NCBI GenBank assembly: GCA_030141605.1
Contig: JAQGDQ010000236.1
Coordinates: 124,001 to 188,000 of the forward strand
DNA: 64,000 nucleotides
Reading direction: 5' to 3'
From: Tubiluchus corallicola
Taxonomy: Eukaryota > Animalia > Priapulida
The notes beneath the pieces were generated by a model. That model saw nothing but the letters and a program-made list of their open reading frames with translations, was not told the DNA's origin and ran no database searches. Below are positions 39,399 through 53,200 of the stretch, piece after piece; position 1 is the first letter of the stretch; the number at the start of each line of letters is the position of its first letter. Both the position numbers and the translations under genes were made by a program.

Positions 39399-41310
39399 AG
39401 GGAGGGAGAGAGAGGTAAGAAGGGAGGGAGAGAGAGAGAGAGAGGGGGAAGGGGGAAGTTACATTTGGCCGCATTAAATATGTGAAGGTTTAATTTTGAT
39501 TAGAAGCTTACTGTTCTGTGTGATAATTTGTTTACAACATAATTGGCATTATGATGAGTTGAGGAAGATTTAGTGTGATAGGTTTTCATTTATTGTGAAT
39601 AAGCTGTAGTATTGAAAAATTTCCAGCCTTTATTATTCTACAGAGTGTTCATCTTTGAGATGCCACCAGAAGCAAGCATAGAAAGGCTAGCGTACAGACT
39701 GTTAGATCCACTCACGGGAAAGTATTACCATCAAATGTTCAATGCGCCTCCAGATAATATAGCTTCTAGACTGAAGCAACATCCGCAGGATGCAAGGGTA
39801 AGATTCTTGACTAAGCGGCGACTCCATTCACTTATAAAAATTCCAAATGTGTGCTGAAAATGAATGTGCACATTAATGGGCTGCACCATGACGGTCATGG
39901 AGGAAAGCTTATATCATCTTTGAGCAGTCAAAGGGCTATACAGTCTAGTCTCGTTATCTCGCCACTGTCCGTCTAGGGCAAATTTTTGGCGAGAGGCGAG
40001 TATGGCGAGATAACGGGAATATAACGAAGTTAGTCTATATGTATATACATAATATTCGTATGATAAATAAAAATTTCCTTTTTTTGTTCAGGATTAAGAC
40101 ACAAAACAGTTTTCGCTTCAGAGACATCATGTAAAGTTGCTCACACTTTGTGGAAACTCAAACTTAAACGCAGCTTTGGTGTTATAGAGTAAGGATATCG
40201 GTGACGCTTTAGTTTCTCTGCGCATTAACCAACCACAGCACTCCTAATCTAATCCTGGTGAGACACACACTAGATGAATTATGTCTGTCTATCGAGTACA
40301 GCAGCATTGTCTACATACCGCGGTTATATTGATCGACACGCGGTATATGTATTGATCGATTCACCTCTGAATTTGTCTGTTTGGCGACATAACGAATATA
40401 GTTTACATAAGCACTCATCCTAGCATGACGTGGCGAGGGTGAGAAGCGAGGGTGGCGACTTAACGAGGTAAATATCAAAGCAGGAAATCTGTTCTGGTAC
40501 TTTCTATGGTGAGAGACTAGTTTGGCGGCATAACGAGGGGCGAGATAACGAGGCTAGACTGTACATTGTAAACAGATGTTAAAAACCAAGTTTATGCCAA
40601 GGGTTTATGCCACTTTTTCTTAGTTTACTAAAGGCTAACACATGATTTTAAGCTCAAACAATTGATACTCATTCACCATCCTTTGCTGTAACCTGTAGTA
40701 ATTCCATAACAATCCAATTTGAAATTTCTTAGTTACCTACAATATAAAAGATTTGTGATTTACAGTAGAAATTTCCTGGATTTAATTTAGAAAATTACTA
40801 TATACAGTTTGGTTTTTAATGGTCCCAAAATGAAACTGCAACCATTTTAAAATACATTTTGTGGCTTTCCCATCTCTAGCTTAATAAAGCAGAATGTTCA
40901 ACCTTTTGTTCTATACTTTATAACTGCATCTCTGATAAGGGCATGCATGCATCAGGGTAACTGAAGTACATGTAAAAACTAAGAGTTTTACCATCAATGG
41001 CATGTATAAGGATGTTGCATCACAGTCATGTTGTCATTTTAATTTGTGAGTAACAGTTAGTGTTCATTGATGTTGATGACTAAAAATCAGTTTGCTTGTT
41101 TAACAGCACAGATTATTTAATTTGCACAGCTGTTTGTTTACCAATTTACAGATGGAAGTTCAGAGAAAACTGGTTCGTTACAACAAGACACTGAAAGATG
41201 TCGGAAGCTACTATAAAATAGCTCAAATGGTCAATGCTGATCAGGATGCGAACACTTTATTTGAACTTCTGCAGGGAATGCTGCTTCGACAACTACCTAA
41301 ATGCCTCTAA
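30888..41310 (+). CDS. AK8: Adenylate kinase 8 (two AK domains), 479 aa
   Basis: Exons 30888-30971, 33052-33136, 33618-33784, 34178-34328, 35087-35158, 36322-36522, 37277-37408, 37625-37714, 39107-39251, 39644-39797, 41152-41310 sum to 1440 nt. The N-terminus MDATKFPLSVPP..QPEDPIQFL, P-loops GVFASGKT and GPPGSGKM, DCxxxGW motifs in both domains, and ADQPIDDVF and ADQDANTLFE are collinear with vertebrate AK8 as I recall it. Confidence 0.93.
31015..32290 (+). mobile_element. Degenerate CR1/Jockey-superfamily LINE ORF2 fragment (end of endonuclease to start of RT)
   Basis: Frameshifted pieces RLVHLPTHKNSCLELVLTN, KLQPFKAVGPDVVH..LSLPLFLLFRKSLECGIVPQDW..NVTPIPKK and NNQHGFLPQRSTITNLL are typical LINE ORF2 motifs. 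Stops and frameshifts lie between them. Confidence 0.85.
39351..39455 (+). repeat. (GA)n/(GGGA)n microsatellite
   Basis: Seen directly. Other simple repeats are (CT)n at 10099-10130 and (TA)n at 56340-56378. Confidence 0.9.
39941..40561. mobile_element. Tc1/pogo-type MITE, family C
   Basis: TA|CAGTCTAGTCTCGTTATCTCGCC ... GGCGAGATAACGAGGCTAGACTG|TA (22/23 TIR match) with repeated GGCGAGATAACG-like subterminal motifs. Confidence 0.85.
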
Positions 41311-43540
41311 GAGTTATAAACTTCTTAAAATTTTTGTCAGGCAACATTATTTATTCACACATTTTATGCAGGGTAATACAGTCATAAACACAAACAGTAA
41401 ATTCATATATTTACATACATATGCCAATACAGGCCCTATACACTGTGCTAGTTTGTGGTGAAGTTATATCCTGGCTTTTTTTAACATGTTTTACACATTA
41501 AATGGCTCTTGGTCACCCACTTGCAATAAACAATGCTGGATCTGATACAAAACATTTTGTTTTTGCTGCTGACCAAACCATCCACACATACTCTGGCTGT
41601 TTTGTTTTGAGCCAGCTCCCTGCAGTATTGCATTTAAACTACAAAATAAATTGGTTTGTACAGATCTTCTGAGAGCCATAACCGCTTCAACTTTTCTTGT
41701 TCCGAGAATGAATACAGTTTATACTAGATAGAAAAAAACCTGGATACATCCTAGATTTTCTCTCACTGTAAACGGGATTACACTGGTTAGACACTCAAAT
41801 GGACCAGAAGTCACATTATTTGTTACAAAATGCAGTACACATCCAACATTTTGAGTCTTCAACAATATACCATACAGTATCCTGAGTTTTCACTTAAGAA
41901 TACTCAGTATTTTTCAGTAGAAAAGGCAGACGCAAAATAACCCATACTAATTGAATTGCCTCTTATGATACATTTATAATGTAGAGTCTTGTGTATACAT
42001 TGCTTACTCCTATAAGTTAGGACCATAACTATGTCACCAGCATGTATAGTACCAGGGATGTAAAAACTGTCGCCACACAACTGTTTCTTTTTGTTGTTAT
42101 TCACTGTGACTGTTACGTATATACCGTTTAGCCAAATGACATCTTGCCATAGTTCGTTTACCGGTACTTTGTCTGTTGATGCTTGTTTATTACTACTGTT
42201 TTAATGTAACCTTCAATCTGCAATGCTCATAGAAATTATTTTTTTGTGTTTATCTGAAAGCCTGTGTTCAATGTTAAAATTACGAGTGTGCATGATACAC
42301 TGACTCTTCCCAAACACTTCAAGTGTCATAACATTCTATCCAATAGTTACAGTAGTGAAGAAGTTATACTACAGCTTTTCAGAAAAAGCACAATCTGTGG
42401 TTTACTTTTTGATGCAGAATTTTAAGATTAGAATAGAGTACAAATATTTCAAGTAGGTAAGTTACATAGTGCAATTTGACTGCATGGAACTATTGAAGTA
42501 TAGAGCACTATTCATGTTTAATTACTCTTAAGTAAATTAATGACATCCGATTGTAACATTCCAAGCCCAGCTTTAGAGAAATATTTGCTGTTAATGCCTA
42601 GCTGTAGAATTATAAGCCCACTATTACAGCTAGAGATGACATCAGTCCATGTGTCTTGCACATGCTTGTGAAAACAATGATTCAATCAATGCGACATTGA
42701 TGGAGAAAAACAAAAACTCGACAAATTCCAAGTTCATAAAGTAAAAATTCAAGATCATAGCTGAACTAACTGATTTCGTGAGGCTATCCTTAATGTCATT
42801 ACTACCTTGTGTAGTTTACCTGTAGTTCTAACCTGATGCAACATCTACTTTTCACACAACATTATTGGGAAGCATGCATTATTGTTTACCTAGGTAGGTA
42901 TGGTTGCAACCATGCAACATTAAAGAACTAATAAAATTTGACTGTCAAAGAAAGAATTTTTGAATATAAGTCATTCTAAAATCAGCTTATTTTGTATTGC
43001 AAAGATTCAAACAGTGATGATGTTGAGTTGTGTTTAAAACTGAGTCCCACAACATTACTGTTGTGTTAAAGGCCAGCTGTAGTTAGATTTATTTCTATGT
43101 TCACATTTAACTACAATTAGTAATAATTAACAGCTACATGAAGTAATTCTGTGACAAGAATTAAAGCTTACAGATTAGCAAATTTAATGAGCAAGAATTG
43201 TATTTTGGTTATTGCACAATGTACACGCGTTAACAAATACGCATGGATACTAGTAAATATTGAAAGGGGCTGATAAAATCCCGGACGGATACATACATCA
43301 CAAACAAGCAGACTACCTGCAAGCACAATAATGCTTTTTAAATATCTGAAAATGTTCAATACATTTTACTCATGTTCTTAAAAATATGTGATTTGAGCGG
43401 AAATAAATTTTAATGTGTAAACAGCCACAAGAGCCACCATTTTTTCAATGAGCATTTGCTAAATACTTCCTCGAACTTGCTTAATAAAACATTTCTGATT
43501 GTGAGTCAAGAAAATCCTGTTGACCAGTGACTGACACAAT

Positions 43541-46115
43541 TCACAATTTCATTATAAAGCAGTCATTAAATATTTCACCATTTGTGTCCATTCCACCAAG
43601 TATGAAGATCACATCGACAAAAACTGAAGTTTCATCAGCTGACATTGACGCATGTGGAGGATTGAATACATCTGTAGATTCTTCATTTGTGTTTGTCTCG
43701 GTGGGCAAGGCTGCAAATGAAAGAGCTATAACTATGTGAGCTCTTACTTTGTTCATTGGTATGCTGTACAGAGACTAACAAGTTCTGAAAGACTTTCAGA
43801 ATGCAAATAAAATTTAGATTTGTACAACAAGATCAATAACAGGGTGCCAACACATGTTGAATTATATTCCTGCTTCCGTTGTTAAAACTTAGTTACTTAA
43901 ATGACAATCATAAACGTGAACTTTTTTAAATAAAAATTACTATTGAAGTCATTGCAATCTGAAGTAATCAGGCTAAACTTGTAATAAGTATGTTAAACAT
44001 TATTTTATACAATGAAGCAGTACAGGTGGCTGTGGAGGCGATTCATGTAGTCTCCCTATGTCATGATCAAATTTCTAAGGTGTAGCATTTTCTATCAATA
44101 TGGTATTTACATTAAAATTAGCTCAGTATAGGGCACACAGCCATTGCCAACGTCAAGCAAATTACACAAACATATGTAATTAATTTATGTAAAGCAGTTT
44201 AAAACATAACTGAAAGTACCGAAAAAACTCACTTTTGGTACTAACATGACTTTCTTGTAAAGCCAGATCAAGTTTTTCCAATGAGGGAGTAACAGTACTT
44301 AGTTTTGAACTCTCAGCCATTGGAAGGGAACAGCTGGTCTCCATGGAATCCACACGTGAATCGCCCTGCCCATTAGAAGAGCGCACTTTTAAGTCACTAG
44401 ATAACTTCAGTTTGGCGACACACATGCCAAAATCTAGCCTAGGAGATGGCGGCGGCCCGTGTAGCTCCACCTTGCTCCAGGTTAATGTAACTGAAACAAA
44501 AAATTTGCATAACATAAAGAAACAAAATCAAAGACGAGGAAAGATGCTAAGACACCATGAACTTTGGGCCTCCAACTACGGCTCAAATGCCAATTAAACT
44601 GTGTGGCCATTGTAACTGGAGAACTTTCATTAGAACAGAATATGAATTAGAATATTGGTGACTTCTTATTCCACAAAAATTGCGTGAGAGACACACGCTA
44701 TACATGTACATTAAGAGCAAAACCACATATATAACAATTAGCCTATTGGCCAAATGATTGAAGAGGAGAGAACTGAAAAATTGCGTCCCAACCAGGAGCC
44801 GAGAACCTTCCACTTACAGGATGCATGCACTACTTTTCGAGCTACGGAGCCAGCTTAGCTGAGCTAGTTTGAAAATTCATCACAGAAGTACACAGTCACT
44901 CAGAGGCAAATATCTACTACTACTGATATAACACTCCATTTTGAATGCACACCCAACAGTAGAAATTGAGTATAGGCCTGAGCTTCTGCCCTTTTTCTGT
45001 GAGATATCCAAGACATAGTCTACATTAAGAGAAACGTCTTATAATAATTAGCCTAATGGCTTATTAAGTGAACAAGGAAGCACTGAAAAATTGTGGCCCA
45101 ACCAAGACTGGAACCCAGAACCTTTTGTGGAACATAAGTGCACGCAATAACATTTACGTGCTTGAATAATGAAATTTATCTTAAAACTTCTACGAATGCA
45201 AAAAAATTAAATTTCTACGATTTAACTTGCCAGTTGCATGGGAACTGGAACTGTCAAGAATTATATGTAGTTGAAATGCATTGTGAACAAACCTGTGTTT
45301 AAAACAAATAAGTCGTCTAAAGCACCAGTTTGATTCAACCCACCAAACACGTAGATTTTGCTGTCATACGCAATGGCTCCATGTCCAGCTCTGCCAGTGG
45401 GTCGGTTTTTCCCCTGACTGATCTTTTTCCATGCACTTGCCTGAAGATCTAGTACATGCAAATCATCATAGAATGTTGAATTACTCATCCCACCATGAAC
45501 ATACACTAAGTCATCTACGGCAACCATCACGTGTCCCTGCCTAGGCTTTGGACTACTGCCAACGACATCTGGAACTGTCCAAGTTCGACTGTTTGGATCA
45601 AACACATGAACTTTCTCATCGTGCACTGGTTCAGAACCGGCGTGCCCACCTCCAAAGACAACAAATGACCCATTTACAGAAGCTGCAGAGTGGCAAGTCC
45701 GAGCAGGAGGTGGTTCTCCCGTGACCTCAATAGTGCTCCACTGCTGCGTATGTGTATCAAACAATTGAATGTCATTAAAATTCCCTTCTAAATTTGCTCC
45801 AGCAAAAACACATACTTTTACCGGGTTGGTGTTTATAACAAAAGCTGCGTGTTCATACCTAGCCTTGAAGCCTTCAGATGAACAGCACTGCCACCTTAAG
45901 GACTCACAATCTAGCCGATGTACTAGGTTAAAGACACGAGATGGGTTTGCTCCACCTATAACGTACACAGAGTGACTAGAATCTTGTTCATTGGCCAGTA
46001 AAACACAAACGTGACCAACAATCATAGGCAGTTCCTTTCCTTTAGCATCAAGAACATACCATACTCCTTCAATAAGGTTTGACGCAGATGAGTCTATGAT
46101 TGGATGCAGTTCCAT
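43541..46115 (-). CDS. RABEPK: Rab9 effector protein with kelch motifs (p40), ~416 aa
   Basis: Exons 46115-45293, 44490-44233, 43710-43541 are in phase. Kelch repeats VIGGANP, ARYEHAAF, PARTCHS, VFGGG, PRQGHVMV, VHGGM..FYDDLH, GRAGHG, PRLDFGMC, and C-terminus ILGGMDTNGEIFNDCF match RABEPK. Confidence 0.93.
44685..44851 (-). mobile_element. Short tRNA-like SINE, copy 1
   Basis: The reverse complement begins GGCTCCGTAGCTCG (box A-like) ..GAAGGTTCTCGG..CCTGGTTGGGACGCAATTTTTCAGT. A homologous copy lies at 44999-45130. Confidence 0.5.
44999..45130 (-). mobile_element. Short tRNA-like SINE, copy 2 (5'-degraded)
   Basis: The reverse complement contains box B-like GGTTCCAGTC, then TTGGTTGGGCCACAATTTTTCAGT..TAGGCTAATT shared with copy 1. 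Confidence 0.5.
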
Positions 46116-49100
46116 CTTCTGTACGATAAAACAATTAAACAATGTGCAACAATCAACATTTTACATTACAGTACAAATTTTTGACTGCACTTTTAAGCCA
46201 AGTGCTTCCTCTTTATTCCACTTGGGTCTTATTACTACGGTGTCATTGCCACTGTGGCTGTATTCTCTAGCACTTCCCATTGTAAGATAATGAGACTGAC
46301 CTGGTGCCATGAGATTCAGCTGCTGCATTTCTTTCAACTCTGTATATATTACAATCGAAGTGTCGTCATAGCGATGAGAAATGTTTGCTTGGATGCTGGA
46401 ACTTTTTATACTTTTCTTCATCAACACCAGCCATGAAATGGTAGTTCACGTGTAAAGTCGTGATGCAGACACACTAGTCGGCAATTCGGCACATGAACAG
46501 CAGCGAACCACAGCATTCTGAAAACAAGAGGCAACGTAATTTGATTCTGACGTGCTTGATTGTCAGTCACATACTGCAGCTAAAATTATACTTTTCAAAA
46601 GCTTCAGGTTATTTAACACAATTTGTTTAAGACAAAATGATTCATTTTGTTTTAATTTTTGGTTTAAAACATCACATTGTTCAATCTGAACTTAATAAAT
46701 GTAGAGGTTTAGTGCATCAGGGACAGAGTTGCACAATTACCTTTATCTACATTCATGGCATCTTTTACAATAATGCATCAACACTGTAGGGAAGAAATTA
46801 TTCTATTAAATATATTTATGCTGTACAAGAGGTTGTCAGTTAAATTTTTGCTTTACGAATGTACAATTGCTAATACTGTACTAACTGGTCAGAAAAGCGA
46901 AGCATTGGATTACTCGCTTACCACTTGTTTTTTCCTGCCCAACTGCTCGGATATGCCATTTGGAACACTATTTACCAATAGCATGGAACCCATTTTCCAG
47001 CAGAATTTGCCGTTGCCATAAAATCTTTTTTACAAAAATTTAGAATATGGAGCCACTCTATTATGATGTCAAAATATTAAAAACCAAGAAAATACGAAAA
47101 AGCCATCATGACAAAACTGACCTCTTTATAAAATTACTTTGCAAGTCAGCAACTCAAAAAAAACGTGTGCGTCTTTTACAATGCGACTATGCTGCAAAGT
47201 AAACTTCCCAATGTTATGAAACAGTCATCTTCTAAAAAACGTTCAGGTTGTCTTCAGAGGCCGATTAAAATAATTTCTTACACTTCACTAATACAGCTTT
47301 TTATTTGAAGTTTTCTTTACTGGCATTCTAGCTACTTGACGTCTACTTCGTTTTGTTCTTCTAGAGTTCTATTGCACTAGTTTTTTTGGAATGGTTTTAG
47401 TTCAATTAATAGTATTATTGTCACATTTTTGGTGTGATCTACATAGTTCTGTAGTGAGTCTGAATTTCTGAATTTTAACAGTTTATTGAACATTCTTGAT
47501 TCGTTTTTTTGTGATGTACTTATTACACATCCTGTATTTTTGTACTATATACTAAACTCTGCATAATTCTGTTCTGCGTAATTTGGAATATTGTTCATCA
47601 CAGACAGATCCGGAAGAACTGATTTTCTTTCTACACGTATGTATCATAATGCTTAAAGCAATTGCAAAACTTGGTATTTTTAATTCGGTATATCATTGAA
47701 TTTGGTACGTTTTGGGAGAACAATTTGTGTAAAAAACCCACTGTATTTGCTCTGCTTTTTCGGGGCACACAGAAATATTGTCAATACAATGAATGTGCGC
47801 TTTCCCGGCTGCCCTATGAGTGGGGGTTAAAACAATCGGAAAACTAATCAATAAATATTACAGCCTACTTATGCATGTGACACGCGTAAATTGCCTTATT
47901 TTCGAAAGTATATGCGTGCCGGTAATACGCTGATTCTCTGGCTACCTATTTAGTAAAATTTCAAAGCAGAAAATTACAAGTCAAATTTCGAAGGAAAAGT
48001 AGCAGATAATCATGTATGCCGACAATCACCTAAAGAAAAAATAAGAGATTGCCAGCTTTTTTCAATTTAATGAAACATTAACAGACATTTTAACAAAAAA
48101 TTGGTATACAATTATTCACTTAACAGGTGAGGCTGGGTGCCATGCTGGGTCAGTTAAATAGTGCCGGCAGATTAACTAATGTTAATAATGCTTGTTGTAG
48201 AAAAAATTATCCTATATGTTTTGTGGCGCTGTAGATAACAAAGAGCTAAAGTCAACAAAGGTATCAAAGGTAAGGTAAAGTAATCGAACATCAAAGTGTA
48301 ATTGTGCAAGTAAACTGTGTCCAATTACAATGAATGATATAATATAACACACCACTTCTCAAGATTTACAGCATGAACTAATGTAAATTTGCGTCTTATT
48401 TTTATTTACCACTTTACTCAAGGTCAAGTTGTCAAGCCGGGTGAATTCATGCATGTCCAAAGAGGCAGCTGCATATTTCTGTTATCAGCAGTTGGCTAAC
48501 TGCCAGCATTTAATGAGCAGTTATACTAATAATGCTTTACCTTTTGCAAGTCATTAGAGGTAGGTCAGCATCCGTGTTGTTAATGCAGCAAACAAATGTA
48601 ATATAACAGGTGCAGTAATATAAAAATATCATTTACTGCATAGTTAAAGTTGTACGATAGATGAATATTGTCAATATTGGTGAACCTCGCCTTACCGCCA
48701 ATCCAGGTTTAAAGCCACATTCAGTGGTGTCCCAGACCTGGCATTATAACGAGGTTTGACTCTAGTAATTGAGCAAGAAAAAGAGCATGAATATTTTGGT
48801 ATTTGGAAAAATAAGTGAGATTACGGAAAATTATGGAATGAAAAACAAGATAGAGCAACTTAAAAATAGTGAGAAATGAGTTTGGAAAACAGAAGTAAGA
48901 AAGCTATAAACCACGAAATATTACATGAGCAGAGACTGAATACAGAGAATGGCAAAATTGTGATTCCCTGATGGTGTGAAATACGAAAAACAACAGTATA
49001 ATAGTGAGTGTGAACTTACAGATAACGGAAATCAAGTTAAATATTATGGAGTTGAAATGCAATTTCAAAGGAAATAAGTGAGAAGATTTACTATGTCCTA

Positions 49101-50290
49101 AGTGCAGAAAACAAGAAGATAAAACAGAATTATACATTATGTTGTGAGAAGTCTGAGGCAGGAATAATAAATAAGTATAGTGTTAGCATAGAGACTATTA
49201 GTATTACGACCACTGAAATAAGTGCTCTTTTACAATTAGCAACAGCTTTAAAGATATCATGGAATAACAAAAAATAGATAGCAGTTAGATGAAACATAAT
49301 AAACGGGAAGGGTAATATTTGTATGCAGAACCGGGAATGACTATAATAATGAAGCTTGATTCAGTGGTTGAGTATTGATGCTCGTCGCAATAATCATACA
49401 AGCACACGGATGAGAGTCACAGCATTATTTGGCAACAGGTGCATGTAACAGTTTAGCAGCTCTTATAAATTGGACTTACTATATATCACATAAAGACTAA
49501 ACATTTTTGCTATGCTCGACAAGTCAATAAATCACAACCCAAACCAAGGAAAATACAGTTTAGTAGATTATTACATTCACAACACTCTATAGAAAAAAAT
49601 ATGGGCTAGTAAGTGATTTTACAACACTTACTTAGTCTAAGAAACACTCTAAGATCCAAACTCTTTTTAACTGACCTACTACACATCAAAATACTAGTTT
49701 TTTTAGTAATAAACAAAATAAATTAAACAAACTACTAATTGGTAGCTTGTGCAACACACAGCGCTCCATAAAAGCTAACAATTTGGAAGACAAGGAGGCT
49801 AAAAGGAGACTAACTAATATTTACAGTGTAACTATTGTATTATTTTACGAAGAAAAACGGTACGGCTACAGGCTGTATAATAGCATATCACCATTTTCAT
49901 AAAGTGAGAATGTACTTTTCAATGACGTGCTGCTGGCGGCCTAGGGTTACCATACGTACCGAGGACACGTCCTCTTTTTGGGCCTCTATCTACAGGGCGT
50001 ATAATATCTACAATACTGTGCACGTTTATACTATCATTACAGTAGACGCTAGTTTTGCTTACTGTATTTTCCAACAAAGTTATTCACCGGTTGAACGGAC
50101 AGAATTAGCATATTTGGTTGTAATTAACTAAAAAAAAACGAAAATTGAAGGTTCGCAAATTTACTGCAAAAATGCGTGGTGTTTTTTTTTGTTAGCTAAT
50201 CAAATGCAAATGTCGGCGTGTTAAACTGGAATTATTTTTACGTTTATAAATAATCAAGTGCTGAGTCTGAACAACGAAGACATTGTCAAA

Positions 50291-53200
50291 ATGGCGACAG
50301 AACTATGGAGACGGTGTGCTGAGTGGTTAATTTGTTGTGAAATATTACCTGCTGATCATAAAGTTACGTGGCCTGATGCAGAAGTATTTGACTTAGCACA
50401 AACCCTACGTGATGGTGTGCTTCTATGCCGTTTGGCCAACAAACTTGTGCCAGGTTGTATTGATTTGAAAGATGTTAGTAGCAGGCCTCAAATGTCTCAG
50501 GTTAGTTAGCCTATTTGTTCGCTCTGGTATTCCTTCAGTCTCTGGTACCGCTCGTCACTATAATGCATATCTTAATTAGAATGAGCAACTAGAAACTTGC
50601 ATTATTTTCTACAGTGTCAAAATTAAACCACTCGTGATTCAACTTCGACTTGCTTCTCTATTCCAAATTAATTTATTTTTTTAATTAGCGGTATTAAAGA
50701 AAGACAGGATGATTTTTCATATACTACCCGATTTTCAAGTACGGCAAAAAATATACATTTTAACACCAATAATACTACAAAAGCGTGTCTGATAATTAAA
50801 TAATAGATTAAAATCTTAATTAACGACAGGCAAACCCAAGTAGTGATGACATCACAAATTAACATAATTTTCAACATTAAAAATATTCCACGAGCATGTT
50901 GCGCATGTTTGCAAAAGCAAAAATTGAAGTACATTGCTATCGTAACAGACTCGGTGTGTTGTACTAAAACTTGGCAAGTTTTTAGATAAAAATTCAAATT
51001 TACTGCTGTACTCACGCATGAGTTGTCCAACTTATGCAGTTCGTCATAAATTAACACATCTGAAGTGAGAGGCACAGCACCTGTTTCTTGTGCAATGCTT
51101 TCCGAAATGCAGGCAGTAATTGCAGTAACTGGCAAATGGCGCAATGCATGCAACAGCGAAGAACTAATGATGTGAACCCGAAATTGTGTTTGTGTGATAA
51201 TAATTCTTTCATGTAAGGTATTCTTTAAAAAATAGCATGTTCTCTTTCAATAGTTTAAGGAATAGGTTGTTTCGAACTACAGTTTAACATTGGGTCTGGT
51301 TTTGCTTTAATATAATAAAAATAATATTTTGTTTAAGACAGTCATGGGTTAACACCTAAAATAATAAAACACTTATTTCAAATTAATCTTGTTTCTTTTT
51401 GCGGATTTTTCACGTTATTCTATGAAAAACTTGGAAATACTACATAATAGGGAGCAGGACTGGCTAATGCATTGTAATGTTGACAAGTGTGACATGTTTT
51501 TCTCATGCTCGTTCCATTGTTGTAAGTCATCAGTAAGTTCTAGGAGGTAAATCATTAAATTTGGCTTCGTCAGTTCAATATTTAAGATATATGTAAATGC
51601 AAAGTTCTGCATGTTGGTAAAAATAGTCCCAAATGTATTTACTGTATGGATGGGTATGAACTAAGTAATGTAACTCATGAAACAGACTTTGGTTTAAGTT
51701 ACAGAAAAGCTAACAATTTATTAAGCATGATTAAGAGAACTTTTACTTATATTACTGATGAATCGGTATTAACACTGTATAAGACCTATGTGAGGCATTA
51801 CTATTATTTCAGCTCCCCTAATTTTAGTCATGAGTGCTGTATTCATATCACCTGTAATTTGCCTGCATGAGCTATACTAAAGGGAGTGCATATTATATTA
51901 TTATCTGCAACTAGGTCGGTTTTTTTAAAATGTTGATCCTAAATTTATCTATCATCATTTGCAAAAATAATGATCAATGTGTATATGGTATGCAAGTGAA
52001 ATGTGCTGTTTATGTAAAGTAATCATTTTGAGGTTTTATAGTGGGATTAAACTGAAACAATTATTTCTGACTCTTCATTACAAATTATAGAAATTAGTGA
52101 AATTGGTAACACCATGAATTTATTCTCAACATTATAAAAAATAAGAAAAAAATGGCTCTTGTACTTTACGGGCAATGGCGAGCATTACAACACCTATTTT
52201 TGAGAAAGCACTTAATGTCCAACACTATTATCTATATAGGACAGTAGACATAGTACAGTAGGCAAATGTAACAGTCGAAACAACACGTTAATACCTTACA
52301 CAGTACAATAGACATAATCGGGCACTCATAGTGGTCAGTTAAAATTATAATATCTTAATGCATGAAGTCGCAAGCTTTGGGCCAGTTAATGCTGCATTGT
52401 TTCACATTATTATGGTAGCACATTACAAGTTTGCAAATTATATTCTACAATGCTTTAGTAAGACTTAAAATGGAGTTCACATGTTCACAGAGTAGCCACC
52501 AAAGTCATGAATATGTTAGGAATGTTTTGCAGAAACCTCAAAAAACATTGTACAAAACTGTACTTATAAGTCAAAGTTACGGCTCAAATTAGAATGTGCT
52601 TCTTCAGTATGACACCCATATGCGGACATTAACATTTTGTAACTTGAATGCAATGTAGATCGGCTAGACTTGTGCGTAATATATATCATAGAAATGTTAG
52701 CGTAACATCTACGTTAGACTCTCTGAAGTGGCTGAAGTTAGAATAGTGATGAGCACAACAACGTTTGTGTATGGTAAACCATATATTATTTGCCAGAGTT
52801 ACCAGGGAACGTTGTAATTTGTATTGTAGTACAAGCTTCAGTGTTATCAGTGCAACAAGTTATTTCCTAATCGGCATGTAATTCATGACTGTGAATAAAT
52901 GATAACTCCCAGATTTTATTCCCCACCTGTGATGCACAGGCTGCTAGACCTCATTTATGCCATAGTGATGGGCAGTACCAGAAATTTTAAGTAATCATGC
53001 TGACTGATGCTTACTGATTACCTTTTTAAGCAGTTGGAAAATGACTTGGGCTTACATTATAAATCAGATTTAGCAAGCTAAGGTAGGGAAGAAGGTAATG
53101 TATTAAAGAAGCATGGCAAATGCACTTGATCAGCACCATAGACTTCACATTTCCTGTTCAACGAATCCCATGGTGCATTGTGATGTTTCATGTTCATGAA

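Noticed and set aside
43711-43763. Upstream acceptor (TACAG at 43764) for the last RABEPK exon
   Set aside because: It gives an immediate stop with the phase-1 donor; the acceptor at 43711 keeps the frame.
48780-49560. Possible degraded LINE RT on the minus strand (SCFLHLGHS)
   Set aside because: Only faint motif resemblance; cannot be supported without an alignment.
50668-51153. 161-aa minus-strand ORF in Vav intron 1
   Set aside because: No domain or splice support; AT-rich and probably inside a non-autonomous repeat.
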